Virus record (IMG/VR): IMGVR_UViG_2778261514_000005
Length of the DNA stretch: 18,746 nt
Strand: one strand, 5' to 3'
Source: a virus
Lineage: Duplodnaviria > Heunggongvirae > Uroviricota > Caudoviricetes
Positions within the stretch are counted from its first letter, which is position 1, and every line of letters starts with the position of its first letter. Both the position numbers and the translations under genes were made by a program. The notes under the pieces are model-generated. The model was not told where the DNA came from and searched no databases. It saw only the letters and a program-made list of their open reading frames with translations. Positions 1-9,209 of this stretch are shown piece by piece.

Positions 1-394
1 ATTTACGCCCATTGTGCTCAAACGTGTAGTTCGCCGCTTCCATCGCATTACGCCAGGCGTTAATTTCATCGCCCTTCATCCCTCGCGCTTTCTCCGCGGT
101 CAGCAGGTCCGTGATTTTCTCCCCGTCAAAACCCCAGCGCCCCGAGATGTCAGCTTTGCGGTTTTCTTCCGTATCCGCCACCTCCACCACACTCTGGTTC
201 ACAGGCCACAGAACTGACGCCACCCTGCTAATGCCGGTAATGACCCCGGCACTGTTATAAACCACCTTCAGCGTCTCTGCTGAAAATAACGACTGACACT
301 CATACCAGTCCTGACCATCCTCTGATTTCAGGTACATCGCACCCGGCACATCCGGATTTTCCGGCGTGTATTGTCTGAAATTCTTTATGTGCAT
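1..394 (-). CDS. tfa: Tail fiber assembly protein (Tfa family), N-terminal part; CDS runs off the left edge of the window
   Basis: My own minus-strand translation from the ATG at 392-394 (GGGAGGA Shine-Dalgarno about 7 nt upstream) reads MHIKNFRQYTPENPDVPGAMYLKSEDGQDWYECQSLFSAETLKVVYNSAGVITGISRVASVLWPVNQSVVEVADTEENRKADISGRWGFDGEKI... with no stop before position 1. Absent from the ORF track, presumably because there is no in-window stop. Sequence pattern and position directly downstream of stf fit enterobacterial prophage Tfa chaperones. Hand-translated, so the frame and exact start are less certain than for track ORFs. Confidence 0.65.
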   Translation of the reverse strand, partial: MHIKNFRQYTPENPDVPGAMYLKSEDGQDWYECQSLFSAETLKVVYNSAGVITGISRVASVLWPVNQSVVEVADTEENRKADISGRWGFDGEKITDLLTAEKARGMKGDEINAWRNAMEAANYTFEHNGRK

Positions 395-435
395 CTGTAA
401 GTCCTCCCGGTTACATGTCTGAAAGATGATGCGCT

Positions 436-2163
436 TTATAATGGAAAATACTCAAACCCCGAAACTCCTGACGACACATACTCACCCACGCTGACTGTAC
501 GCCACTGAGAACCGTCAAATGTCACCTGAAGCGGCCTGTAAGATACCCTGTCAATAAGGGTTTTGTTTCCGTCGTTGTAACCGCCAATCCCCGTAATCAT
601 CGCACCAATATCCAAATCCACTGCCCATGTAGTGCTGTCTGTTTGCGGCGCATAAGTCTGTTTATTACCCAGCCTGATACCCACAACCCGGCTCTTCCCG
701 TCTGATGCCCCGGGCGGCCCCATCGGCCCGGTTTCTCCACGCTCACCTCTGGGACCGGGGTCGCCTTTCTCCCCTTTCGGTCCCTGCGCTCCCCGCGGAC
801 CAGCGGGACCTGTTGCTCCCGTTTCACCTTTCGGACCCTGTGCTCCGGGGTCGCCTTTCTCTCCTTTCGGACCGGGAACACCACCTCCTGCAGCAGCCTC
901 TTCTGCCTTTGTTTTCGCTTCATTTGCCACATCCATTGCCGCCTTCACGGCCTTCGGCGTGGCTGCCTTTGTTTCGTCATTACTGTTAGTATCACTGCTT
1001 AACTGCACCACGCCTTTCTGCGTCGTGCTGGCATCCCGCTGGCTGACCGTATCCGGTTTGTTCTTTGTGCTGTAATCCACCCGCCAGTGGAAATACTGTG
1101 TGTCGCCGTAAACCGTACAGGTACAGACCGTGCCATTAATAAACCCCGTTGCACCGTATTCGCCAATGGTGACCCGGACTATGGCTGCCTCATACTTCCC
1201 CATCACCTCAATGACACAACCACCCAGATTAAGTTTTCCCGGTCCGACATCCGTGATTACCTTATTGACTCCCGCATGCAGTGATGCCTTCATCATCCAG
1301 TAAGGCTGGTCAAATGCCCCTTTGGCTTTCAGCCAGGCAACAAACTCGCCCGTGGTCCATTCACCGGCCCCCGTATGAATGTCCCGCCCGTATACTCTGG
1401 CTGCTCCCACGGTGTTCAGAAACTTCACCTTATCCGGGATATCGTCACCGTTTTTCGCTTTCTCCAGGCATCCGTCCGCTTTGTCCATTGCCGCTTTCAC
1501 CGCTTTCGGGGTGGCTGCCTTCGTTTCATCATCACTGTCCGTTGCGCTGCTTAACTGCACAATGCCCTTCTGTGCCGTCGTCGCATCCGGTCCTCCCGGC
1601 TCGCCTTTTTCGCCCTTCTCTCCCCGTTCACCTTTCACACCCTGAAGCCCCTGCGGCCCCCTCTCACCACGCTCACCCTTTGGCCCACGCTCGCCGGTAT
1701 CGCCTTTTGGCCCGGGAATACCCTGTGGCCCGGTGTCTCCCTTATCCCCCTTCGGTCCCCGCGCATTCTCTGCCCGTTTCTTCGCTTCCTCTGCACTCGC
1801 CGCTGACGCTTCTGCACGTTTCAGGATTTCCGCGGCCACCGCTTCCAGCTCTGCAAGGGCTTTCGGGTAATACTGTGCGTCCTCCAGGTCCATCAGAAAT
1901 TTATTCAGCGTTCCCGGTGCAGAGTCCGCCTTCACCAGAATGTCACCCACATATGACGGCGCGTACCCTTCCGTGTTCAGCGTCACCCGGTACAACCCCG
2001 GCTCAACATCCATACTGTAACTGCCGGTTTCCCCCGGCTGACCATACGCCACCGTGGTGACAATCACCGTCTCCGTTGTGCGTCGCGCTTTCAGCTCTAT
2101 CGTGCATCCCGGTACCGGCTTACCGGCCCCGTCTTTCAATACACCAGAAATTTTAACCGTCAT
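436..2163 (-). CDS. stf: Side tail fiber protein (lambda Stf-like) with collagen-like Gly-X-Y tracts
   Basis: 575-aa track ORF. N-terminus [28 protein letters not shown]... matches the conserved Stf tail-attachment domain as I recall it. Two Gly-X-Y collagen-like tracts ([31 protein letters not shown]... and [28 protein letters not shown]...). Two copies of the phage-fiber motif [21 protein letters not shown]. Confidence 0.85.
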   Translation of the reverse strand: MTVKISGVLKDGAGKPVPGCTIELKARRTTETVIVTTVAYGQPGETGSYSMDVEPGLYRVTLNTEGYAPSYVGDILVKADSAPGTLNKFLMDLEDAQYYPKALAELEAVAAEILKRAEASAASAEEAKKRAENARGPKGDKGDTGPQGIPGPKGDTGERGPKGERGERGPQGLQGVKGERGEKGEKGEPGGPDATTAQKGIVQLSSATDSDDETKAATPKAVKAAMDKADGCLEKAKNGDDIPDKVKFLNTVGAARVYGRDIHTGAGEWTTGEFVAWLKAKGAFDQPYWMMKASLHAGVNKVITDVGPGKLNLGGCVIEVMGKYEAAIVRVTIGEYGATGFINGTVCTCTVYGDTQYFHWRVDYSTKNKPDTVSQRDASTTQKGVVQLSSDTNSNDETKAATPKAVKAAMDVANEAKTKAEEAAAGGGVPGPKGEKGDPGAQGPKGETGATGPAGPRGAQGPKGEKGDPGPRGERGETGPMGPPGASDGKSRVVGIRLGNKQTYAPQTDSTTWAVDLDIGAMITGIGGYNDGNKTLIDRVSYRPLQVTFDGSQWRTVSVGEYVSSGVSGFEYFPL

Positions 2164-2176
2164 ACTTTTCCACCAA

Positions 2177-2208
2177 TAAAAAAGCCCGCAGCAGTAATGC
2201 CACGGGCT
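2177..2208 (-). terminator. Terminator-like hairpin plus U-tract between lom and stf
   Basis: Minus strand reads agcccg-(14 nt loop with possible inner gca/tgc pairing)-cgggct followed by TTTTTT, immediately upstream of the stf RBS. The stem is short and the loop long, so this is tentative. Confidence 0.35.
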
Positions 2209-2312
2209 TCAGGACAGTGTAACTTTACGTTTCCTCAGACGCAGTTCACCCCATAAGGCGGATGAACATGCGTACATTGCAATATTTGCAGAAAATAAAG
2301 CAGCATCTGCCG

Positions 2313-2936
2313 TCAGAAACGGTATCCGATCCCAACAATAAACGCATCCGTTCGCCAGTCACCATGACCGGCCACTTCGTACGCAAGGTCAACCACCACC
2401 GTATCCGCCGGATTAAACTGAAGCCCTGCCCCCCATGCCAGCGTCAGATGACGCGCAGAATGACCATCACTGGCAGTGGTGGTCACCCTGACATCCCCCT
2501 GTGTCACTTCATCACGCCGGTAATCCTGAACACTGTCAGACCAGCGGGTGTGCGCCATCCCGGCCATGCCATAAAGGCTGAGCTGCTCACTGACCTGCCA
2601 GACCGGCCCCGCCATCAGGCTCACATAACGGCCACGCAGACTTTCATAATGAAATGCTTTATCCCCGGTCATCGTGGTTCTGCTCTTTTTCGCAGAGGCG
2701 TAACTCAGCGAGGCTATGCCACCCAGATGGTCCGTGAATTCATAACGGTATTTCACGTTGATCCCTTTTAAATCACCTGTACGGGCACCGGTACCGGACA
2801 ATACCGGCACGCCGCCCGGGTGAACCTGAGCATATCCCACGGAAAATGCACCGTGTCCGCCTGCAGCCTGTGCAGGAAAAGTCATTACTGCCGGCAGGGT
2901 GGTAAAAAATAAAATGGCTCCGTATAAATACCGCAT
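2313..2936 (-). CDS. lom: Lom-like outer membrane protein (Ail/Lom family)
   Basis: Track ORF 2313..2975, trimmed to the internal ATG at 2936 (AAAGAGG RBS upstream). That start gives a signal-peptide-like N-terminus MRYLYGAILFFTTLPAVMTFPAQA, and the protein ends in the beta-barrel motif ...GDWRTDAFIVGIGYRF. It is close to lambda Lom as I recall it and occupies the lambda position between J and stf. Confidence 0.85.
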   Translation of the reverse strand: MRYLYGAILFFTTLPAVMTFPAQAAGGHGAFSVGYAQVHPGGVPVLSGTGARTGDLKGINVKYRYEFTDHLGGIASLSYASAKKSRTTMTGDKAFHYESLRGRYVSLMAGPVWQVSEQLSLYGMAGMAHTRWSDSVQDYRRDEVTQGDVRVTTTASDGHSARHLTLAWGAGLQFNPADTVVVDLAYEVAGHGDWRTDAFIVGIGYRF

Positions 2937-2961
2937 GATTACCTCTTTGTTTTCAGTCAAT

Positions 2962-2985
2962 AAAAAAGGCACCACTTCGGGTGCC
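2962..2985 (-). terminator. Intrinsic terminator between J and lom
   Basis: Minus strand reads GGCACC-cgaagt-GGTGCC followed by TTTTTT, placed between the J stop (3005) and the lom start. Confidence 0.5.
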
Positions 2986-3004
2986 CGTCCGGGTTAATAA
3001 ACCG

Positions 3005-6000
3005 TCAGCTGATACTGATTCCCGCCGTGGATTTTTTCATCACCACAACCAGTAAATCACTGATGTACGTCGTCGGTGTCCAGTTGTTCGCGCCGGCAGA
3101 CGACACATTAAACGTCAGGGTGACATGACCCCGTCCTGCTGGCATGTCAATCACCGATGAGAACACCCGGCTGACATCCGTTGCCGGTTCATGAAAAATC
3201 TCTGCCCCGTTTTTCAGCACCTGCAGCTTACAGGTTGAATACCAGTACGACTGCTGATTCGGGCTGTTGACGTTCTGGTGTTTCGTCCCGCGAAACAGTA
3301 CCGGTGGAATGATAATCTGCCGGTCGAAGCCCTGGTCATCGTAAACCGTGACGGTTATCGTGCCACGGGCATAACTGTTATTCCGGGGAAAGGCTTTCCC
3401 CACCGTCTTCACCAGATCGCCTTCAATCTGGTTCGCAGACAGTTTCCCTCTGATGACACAGTTCTCGTTAATGGTGACATTATTGAGCGTGCCCGAGTTC
3501 GCACTGATATGTCCGCTGATGTCCGCATTGCGGGCTGTCAGCCTGCCCTCCGGCGTCAGGGAAAACGTCGGGGGATTGCCGGATGACGTGATACTCACCG
3601 CAAACAGTCGCTTCAGGAACACGTCGTTCATAAACAGCTGATTCCCCTGCGCCACAAACAGCGGCGTGGTGTTGCCGTTCTCCGGGGTAATCATCGCGAT
3701 ACGGTCCGCCTGCAGCAGAATATTGCTCAGCGTCTGGCCATCAGCATCCTCAATCCCCGCACCAATACCGGCAACATACGGAATGCCGTTTTTCGTTTTC
3801 TGCACCTTCAGCATGTACAGCGCTGCCAGCTCATCATTCGTGTCTGACTGGACCTGCTGTATCTGCTGTATGGTGGCGCTCTGGTCTTCCAGCTTTTTAT
3901 CCGTGGTCGAGGTGATTTCACTCCCTTTGTCATCCACGTACTGGCGGACCTGCGCTATCTGCCTGGCGTTTTCCTCCGTGCTCTGGCTGACTGTCTGTGT
4001 GATTTCACTGCTCACCCGGTCCACCTGCTGACTCACCTGCGCGATGGCCAGCGTCTGGTCCTCATTCTTTTTCGCAACCAGCTGCGTGAGGCTGTTTTCC
4101 GCCTCCCCGATTTTTCGGGTCACTTCCGCAACATCCGTCTCCAGTCGCTGGCGGATGTCTTCTTCCAGTTGCGTGACCTCAGTACGCAGGGCTGACGCAT
4201 CAATACGCTCTTTCAGTGCCTTCCCCAGCAGCGCCTCATCTATCAGCCCACGGAAAATTTCCAGATACCCTTCACCATCATTGCTGGCCTGCCCGCTGGC
4301 CTCCACAAACGCAGATTTCCCCACCAGGTTGACGCTGCGCACATAAAACCAGAAATCCTTCCCCGGCTTAATGTGCGGGCCGGAGACGCTCCACTGGCTG
4401 CCGGTACCCAGATAACGGGCAGAGGTTTCCACCTGTGCCGTGTCCGTGATGCGTTTTTCTGAGAACCAGAATTCATACTGTACCGTCGGGTCATACACCG
4501 CAGGATGCGGGACCACCGTTATCTGAAAATAGCCCGGCGTCAGTTCAATGCTGGCCGGTGCCGCCGGTGCATTAATCCGGAATGTGGTGGTGGCAGGTTC
4601 GCCCTGCTGGCCGTAGCTGTTTATCGCCCTGACCGTCAGGGTGTATTCCCCGAGCGGCAGGCCACTGAAACGGTACTCCGTGTCCGCCGTGATGGCGCTG
4701 GTCACCAGGCGGCTGTTCTCACCACTGCCACTGGTCAGGCGCAGACTGAAGCGCACGCCCTTCACCACCCGCGGCGTGTCCCATTTCGCCAGCGCCAGAT
4801 ACTGGCCGTCTGAGGCACTCACCTCCACCGTGAGGTGCTGCACTGCCGGCGGGATGACGCTGTTCAGTGAGCCGGACATCGGCTCAAAGCGGGCCCCGTT
4901 ATCCACAATGGCTTCTTTTTCCGGCACATGCTGCACCGCCGTGATGGCAAAGGTGCCGTCCGTGTTTTCCCGGATGGAAACACAGCGGAACAGGCGACGA
5001 CGCAGTGACGGCAGGGAGAGTCCCCATACCCCGTATGCCTCCACGCCATCCGGCAGGACGCTGACCTGTATCCGGTCAGGGGCCGGTTGTGCAGTGATGT
5101 CCACGCGCACCGGCTTACCGCTGCCGTTAATCAGGTTCACCGTCGATGTCCCTGTCTCAGGCAGTGTCACCTCACGGTCCAGCGTCAGGGTACGGCTGGC
5201 GGCATCGATGGACAGGATACGTCCGCCGGTCAGGGTCCCGGCATAGTCGTTATCACAGATTTCAATGATGTCACCGGGTGTGTGCCGCAGCCCCTGTGAC
5301 CCGAGCGTGAAATCCACCGTCTGCGTTTCCAGCAGTTCGGTCTTTATCACCCACAGTCCGGCACGGTGGGCCTGACCGCGGCTGGTACAGCCGAACGCAT
5401 CCATCTTCAGCAGGTTGCGCCCGTAGCGCAGGATGGCGTCCGGGTCTTCCACCAGTTCCGTGGAAGTCTGCCAGCCGTTCTGCGGGTCAGTGTAATTCAC
5501 CTCCACCGCCGTGTGCCGGTCCTTCAGGGCACTGAAGCTGTAGCGGAACCCCACGCCGTTATCATCCACCACCACATCGCTGTTGGTGTACGGCCACACC
5601 ACATCCGACGGGCGGTCCTGAACGAACGTCAGCGTCTGGCCGTTCCATACCGGCATACAGCGCATCGCCGAGCAGAAATCCCCCAGGACATCCCACACCT
5701 TACGCTGCTGTGACAGGTACGCATTAAAGGTCATCCGCGGCTCTGTGCCCCCGAAACCATCCGGGACCGTCTGGTCGCAGTACTGCCCGATGGCATACAG
5801 CGCCCACTTGTCCACATCCGCGGCCCCCAGGCGTTTTCCCATCCCGTAGCGCGGGTGGGTCAGCATGTCCCACAGGCACCAGGCCGGGTTATTGCTGTAT
5901 GCCGGTTTCAGACTCCCGTCCCAGATACCACTGTAGGTGCGTTTTTCCGGGTCATAGTTTGACGGCACCTGAATGATGCGGCCGCGGATATGGTAGTTCA

Positions 6001-6700
6001 CCACCATCTGCTGGCCACCGAACTGCTCCGCATCCACCTGCAGCCCCACAATGGCCGTGTTCGGGTAGCACTGTTTCACATCGATGATTTCGGTGTATGA
6101 CGACCACAGCGTTCTGTTCTGCAGCTGGTCCGTGGTGCTGTCCGCCGTCACCCTGACCATCCGGATATTAAAGGGGCGCTCAGGGAGATTATTCAGAATC
6201 ACCGACGTCAGGTACTGCGAGGTGGTCTTGCCGTTAATGGTGACATCCTTCTCCGTCACCCAGTTACCGTTACGCTCAAGCTGAATCAGCAGCCGGACAG
6301 AAGAGGGATTACGGTCACCCTTTGAGGTGGTCTCCACCAGTGACTGCACCCCGAAGGTGACCCGCAGACGGTCAATGTTCGCTGACGTGATGGTGCGCGT
6401 CACCGGCTTTGCCTTCGTCACCTCCACGCCCAGTGCGGTTTCCGCCCCGGAGGACTCAAAGCCTTCCGGCGGTGTCTGCTCCTGCTCCCCGGCACGCCAG
6501 ACGGCGGTCACACCGTGTATCACGGGATTACCGTCCGTGTCCGTAAGCGGGGTTTTGTTCACCAGAATACTCTGCAGTCCCTTCACCGGGCCTTCCACCG
6601 GTCCCTCACCAATGGCATCAATCACGCTCATCATCTGCGTGGATTTGAGATTGTCCTTCGCCTCACGCGGTGTGTGCCCCTTGCCGCCCCCTTTACCCAC
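3005..6700 (-). CDS. J: Tail tip / host specificity protein J (central tail fiber)
   Basis: 1231-aa track ORF. N-terminus (M)[20 protein letters not shown]... and long internal stretches are near-identical to lambda J as I recall it. The start codon is GTG at 6698-6700, preceded by a strong AGGAGAGGGGGA RBS. Confidence 0.95.
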   Translation of the reverse strand: MGKGGGKGHTPREAKDNLKSTQMMSVIDAIGEGPVEGPVKGLQSILVNKTPLTDTDGNPVIHGVTAVWRAGEQEQTPPEGFESSGAETALGVEVTKAKPVTRTITSANIDRLRVTFGVQSLVETTSKGDRNPSSVRLLIQLERNGNWVTEKDVTINGKTTSQYLTSVILNNLPERPFNIRMVRVTADSTTDQLQNRTLWSSYTEIIDVKQCYPNTAIVGLQVDAEQFGGQQMVVNYHIRGRIIQVPSNYDPEKRTYSGIWDGSLKPAYSNNPAWCLWDMLTHPRYGMGKRLGAADVDKWALYAIGQYCDQTVPDGFGGTEPRMTFNAYLSQQRKVWDVLGDFCSAMRCMPVWNGQTLTFVQDRPSDVVWPYTNSDVVVDDNGVGFRYSFSALKDRHTAVEVNYTDPQNGWQTSTELVEDPDAILRYGRNLLKMDAFGCTSRGQAHRAGLWVIKTELLETQTVDFTLGSQGLRHTPGDIIEICDNDYAGTLTGGRILSIDAASRTLTLDREVTLPETGTSTVNLINGSGKPVRVDITAQPAPDRIQVSVLPDGVEAYGVWGLSLPSLRRRLFRCVSIRENTDGTFAITAVQHVPEKEAIVDNGARFEPMSGSLNSVIPPAVQHLTVEVSASDGQYLALAKWDTPRVVKGVRFSLRLTSGSGENSRLVTSAITADTEYRFSGLPLGEYTLTVRAINSYGQQGEPATTTFRINAPAAPASIELTPGYFQITVVPHPAVYDPTVQYEFWFSEKRITDTAQVETSARYLGTGSQWSVSGPHIKPGKDFWFYVRSVNLVGKSAFVEASGQASNDGEGYLEIFRGLIDEALLGKALKERIDASALRTEVTQLEEDIRQRLETDVAEVTRKIGEAENSLTQLVAKKNEDQTLAIAQVSQQVDRVSSEITQTVSQSTEENARQIAQVRQYVDDKGSEITSTTDKKLEDQSATIQQIQQVQSDTNDELAALYMLKVQKTKNGIPYVAGIGAGIEDADGQTLSNILLQADRIAMITPENGNTTPLFVAQGNQLFMNDVFLKRLFAVSITSSGNPPTFSLTPEGRLTARNADISGHISANSGTLNNVTINENCVIRGKLSANQIEGDLVKTVGKAFPRNNSYARGTITVTVYDDQGFDRQIIIPPVLFRGTKHQNVNSPNQQSYWYSTCKLQVLKNGAEIFHEPATDVSRVFSSVIDMPAGRGHVTLTFNVSSAGANNWTPTTYISDLLVVVMKKSTAGISIS

Positions 6701-6746
6701 TCTGTCCCCCTCTCCTGTCTGATGTCTGATGTCTGAATCTGTTTAT

Positions 6747-6779
6747 GCCCAAAAACAACAGGCACCCCGGAGGGTGCCT
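6747..6779 (-). terminator. Hairpin plus U-rich tract just upstream of the J RBS
   Basis: Minus strand reads AGGCACCC-tccg-GGGTGCCT (UCCG tetraloop) followed by GTTGTTTTTGGG. The U-tract is imperfect, so this may be an attenuator or mRNA-stability hairpin rather than a terminator. Confidence 0.35.
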
Positions 6780-6794
6780 GTGTCATGACGGAAT

Positions 6795-6953
6795 AAAATT
6801 TCTGAAATTCTTCACATTTCCGGCAATTGCCTGTAGCCGCAATAATGACGCTGCGTTACATTTTTGATGCCTGAAAAATAACTCCATAACGTTAATCTTC
6901 ATCGTTCTCTCCCGCAGCTCCGCTGATTCTGCGGGATTTTTTTATCCCTTAAA
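6795..6953. repeat. Unit 1 of a tandemly duplicated non-coding element in the I-J intergenic insert
   Basis: Shares a near-identical ~55-nt block (tcacatttc..cctgtagcc.caataatgacgctgcgttacatttt) and a conserved 3' block (catcgttctc.tcccgcag ... ctgcgggattttttta) with unit 2 about 228 bp downstream. The middle section diverges between the units. Confidence 0.6.
6910..6945 (+). terminator. Intrinsic terminator (plus strand) at the 3' end of unit 1
   Basis: tcccgcag-(11 nt loop)-ctgcggga followed by ttttttta on the plus strand. The minus strand has no U-tract after the stem, so it is unidirectional. Confidence 0.5.
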
Positions 6954-7021
6954 CCCGGCACGATGTTATCTGTCTTCTTCCACAGATACCCGCCTGGCTT
7001 CCGCTCCCCCGCTACCGGATA

Positions 7022-7178
7022 AAAAGTCTGAATTTATTCACATTTCTGCAAATTACCTGTAGCCACAATAATGACGCTGCGTTACATTTTTTGCGGGTAA
7101 ATAAAAATAAAACGCCAACAGGTTAGTCAACATCGTTCTCTTCCCGCAGGCGCCGAGCACTGCGGGATTTTTTTATTT
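7022..7178. repeat. Unit 2 of the tandemly duplicated non-coding element in the I-J intergenic insert
   Basis: Second copy of the conserved 5' block and terminator block (see unit 1). It ends directly at the I stop codon. Confidence 0.6.
7141..7178 (+). terminator. Intrinsic terminator (plus strand) at the 3' end of unit 2
   Basis: Same tcccgcag/ctgcggga stem as unit 1 but a different loop (gcgccgagca), followed by tttttttatttt. The stem is conserved while the loop differs. Confidence 0.5.
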
Positions 7179-7859
7179 TCATCCTCGCCCGATAACCACC
7201 ACTTTCCCGTCACTGCCCTCATCACGGGTGCTGATGTCCTGGGATATCCGTCGTGAGCCAACCAGCATTTCACCGTAAGGCACCGGCATCGGGTTCCCCT
7301 GGGCAATCATGTTGTCCAGTGACGAAAAATACGTGTTCTGTCTGCCGTTATCCGTGCTTTTGTACTCCGGCGTCTTTGCCTTCGGGGCCAGCATCTGGGC
7401 CACACCACCCAGTATCATGCTGGCACCCAGTGAGAACAGCATCGTGGTGGCAGTCAGCCCTCCGGCACTCAGGGCTGCGCCCCACAACGCCATCATTGCA
7501 CCGGCGGTGAAGAAAGAGCCCACGATGGCTGCTGCCCCCAGCACCACCTGAAAAACACCATTTCCCCCGGCCCCTGCCAGCCGCGGTACAATATGAATCA
7601 CGGCCCTCCCGCTCAGCGGTTCATGAAGACGGGCATACACCGCCTCCGGCGCGGTATCCTCACCGGCAATACGTATCTGGTACCAGCCTTCGTTCATCTG
7701 ACAGCGGAATCCCGGCACCTGCAGCGACAGGGCACGGATAGCCTCCGCTGCCGTGTTCACATACAGGCTGATGCGGCGACCAAATCGTTGTAAATCCCCG
7801 TGAAGGCAGATGCGGACCAGTGGCGGTGACGCCAGACAGAATGCGTTCGTCGTTGCCAT
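7179..7859 (-). CDS. I: Tail tip assembly protein I
   Basis: 226-aa track ORF. ...ICLHGDLQRFGRRISLYVNTAAEAIRAL...NTYFSSLDNMIAQGN... matches lambda gpI closely as I recall it. Confidence 0.9.
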   Translation of the reverse strand: MATTNAFCLASPPLVRICLHGDLQRFGRRISLYVNTAAEAIRALSLQVPGFRCQMNEGWYQIRIAGEDTAPEAVYARLHEPLSGRAVIHIVPRLAGAGGNGVFQVVLGAAAIVGSFFTAGAMMALWGAALSAGGLTATTMLFSLGASMILGGVAQMLAPKAKTPEYKSTDNGRQNTYFSSLDNMIAQGNPMPVPYGEMLVGSRRISQDISTRDEGSDGKVVVIGRG

Positions 7860-8500
7860 TTCTCTGAATACCTCTCCCGTTTACTCAGTTGTTCAGGTAT
7901 ATGGTGAAGCAGCTCACCGTTGCCACAGTAAATGGCGGCATGATTCGGCACCGATGCGCCAAAGCAGCACAGCAGGATATCGCCTGCCTGTGCACAGGAC
8001 GGAGACACACGGTAAAAGCCGTTTTCCGCCAGGTTGTCCAGGTACAGGTTCTGACCGTTGCGCCACCAGTCATCCTCGCGGTGAAAATCCGGCATCTCAA
8101 TCCCCGCCAGATGGTATGCATCCAGGAACAGGGTGTAACAGTCCGTCACACCGTGTTCAAAGCGCCGTCCGGTCAGGTGCGGCACACAGCGGAACCGGTG
8201 AATTTCCCCCCGGCTGACCAGCCACCAGGGCAGTGCGCTTTTTATCTGCAGCCGCCGGTCAGCCTCGCTCAGCCAGGGCAGACCACCGGGATGACTGTGG
8301 ACCAGCGCCACAATCTCCCCCTGCATCTCTGCCCGCAGCCAGTCTTCCGGTGCAATACGAAAATATGCCTCAGGCTCTGCAGAGATATTCACGCACGGCT
8401 GGTACAGGTTGCCCTCCGGCGTGCTTATCACGAAGCCGCACGACTCCTCAGGCGCACACCGCCGGGCATGCGCCAGAATCGCTGATTCAGTCTGTGTCAT
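7757..8500 (-). CDS. K: Tail tip assembly protein K (JAB/MPN plus NlpC/P60-type domains)
   Basis: Track ORF 7757..8761, trimmed to the ATG at 8500 (MTQTESAILAHARRCAPEESCGFV...); the 87 codons upstream run into L and are an ORF-finder extension. The 3' end overlaps the I start by 103 nt, which matches the K/I overlap I recall for lambda. Confidence 0.85.
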   Translation of the reverse strand: MTQTESAILAHARRCAPEESCGFVISTPEGNLYQPCVNISAEPEAYFRIAPEDWLRAEMQGEIVALVHSHPGGLPWLSEADRRLQIKSALPWWLVSRGEIHRFRCVPHLTGRRFEHGVTDCYTLFLDAYHLAGIEMPDFHREDDWWRNGQNLYLDNLAENGFYRVSPSCAQAGDILLCCFGASVPNHAAIYCGNGELLHHIPEQLSKRERYSEKWQRRTHSVWRHRHWSASAFTGIYNDLVAASACM

Positions 8501-8510
8501 AAAACAGGAT

Positions 8511-9209
8511 TTACTGCGAAAGTTTATTAATGGAAAGGAAACCGCCAAAATTAACCGCCATGCCGCGCATCTCACACCCGCGCATGTATTTACTGCATCT
8601 GTCCTTCCGGATATCCGTGGTGGGGTTGTCGAACTCATCCGCCACTGCCGGACCGTTATACCCGCATTCATCGCCCCGGTAATCCCACATACAGGTGTTC
8701 GCCAGCATGATGCGACCGGGAAACAGCGCCCCGTCCGTCTCCGTCGGTGTCGCCAGCACAAACGAGGCCGTCATGGCTGTCAGCGATGACATCTGCTCCA
8801 CCACCCACCGGTCCGTCAGCTCCTGCTCCGGGTCGGCCTCCGGATTCCCCGCCACAAAATTCACCGCATCCAGAAAACGGGCATACACCCGGCGGCGGAC
8901 CACCGTGGCACCCACCAGGCTCTGCAAATCCTCCGCCATCCCGGTGACAAGGCCGAACAGATTGGACACCGTCAGCGACGGGCGGGCACTGCTGCCCTTT
9001 CCGTTCATCTCAAAGCCGCTGCCCTCAATCGGGTACGCCTCATACTTCCGCCCCTGCCAGGTCACCGGCTCCCCTTTTTCATTCAGCTCATTGCAGAAAA
9101 AATACCGCTCACCGCCCTGCACCGTCAGGTCGATTTCCCAGAGCACCACCCGCGGTGACTGCTCTGATTTAACCGACTCGTTCAGGCTTGCTTCGTGAAT
9201 ATCCTGCAT
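8511..9209 (-). CDS. L: Minor tail protein L
   Basis: Track ORF 8511..9251, trimmed to the ATG at 9209 (MQDIHEASLNE...). VVLWEIDLT..GGERYFFCNE.NEKGEPVTWQGR.Y..YPI.GSGFE.NGKG ... NFGGFLSINKLSQ is near-identical to lambda gpL as I recall it. Confidence 0.9.
   Translation of the reverse strand: MQDIHEASLNESVKSEQSPRVVLWEIDLTVQGGERYFFCNELNEKGEPVTWQGRKYEAYPIEGSGFEMNGKGSSARPSLTVSNLFGLVTGMAEDLQSLVGATVVRRRVYARFLDAVNFVAGNPEADPEQELTDRWVVEQMSSLTAMTASFVLATPTETDGALFPGRIMLANTCMWDYRGDECGYNGPAVADEFDNPTTDIRKDRCSKYMRGCEMRGMAVNFGGFLSINKLSQ

Noticed and set aside
14-217. Plus-strand 67-aa ORF at the left edge
   Set aside because: It lies antisense within the Tfa coding region, has no RBS, and its product is Arg/His-rich with no recognisable features; it is most likely an ORF-finder artefact.
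900-1570. Possible diversity-generating retroelement template/variable repeat pair, suggested by the ~110-nt direct repeat within stf
   Set aside because: The repeats encode the conserved [21 protein letters not shown] fiber motif at two structural positions. No reverse transcriptase is present in the window, and the differences are not adenine-biased in any way I could see.
597-2060. Several plus- and minus-strand ORFs inside stf (597..932, 705..989, 1281..2060, 1379..1645, 1635..1817)
   Set aside because: They are alternative-frame readings of the GC-rich, collagen-repeat-encoding stf sequence. The Pro/Arg/Ser-rich products are typical of off-frame translation of Gly-X-Y coding DNA.
3278-6736. 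Many plus-strand ORFs of 60-200 aa overlapping J (for example 4641..5246, 5366..5713, 6327..6722)
   Set aside because: They are antisense to a strongly supported 1231-aa J gene and lack RBSs or recognisable domains, as expected in a long GC-rich gene.
6783-7133. Small minus-strand peptides in the I-J insert (39 aa MKINVMELFF... starting at 6902; 25 aa MLTNLLAFYF... starting at 7133), each preceded by a GGGAGAG-like RBS formed by the hairpin arm
   Set aside because: The two repeat units would encode unrelated peptides because indels shift the frame. Conservation is at the nucleotide and structure level, so an RNA or regulatory role is more likely than coding.
8501-8761. N-terminal 87-codon extension of the K ORF in the track (MCWRHRRRRTGRC...)
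   Set aside because: It overlaps the 3' end of L in another frame, is Arg/Cys-rich, and precedes the conserved K start MTQTESAIL...; it is an ORF-finder extension to an upstream in-frame ATG.
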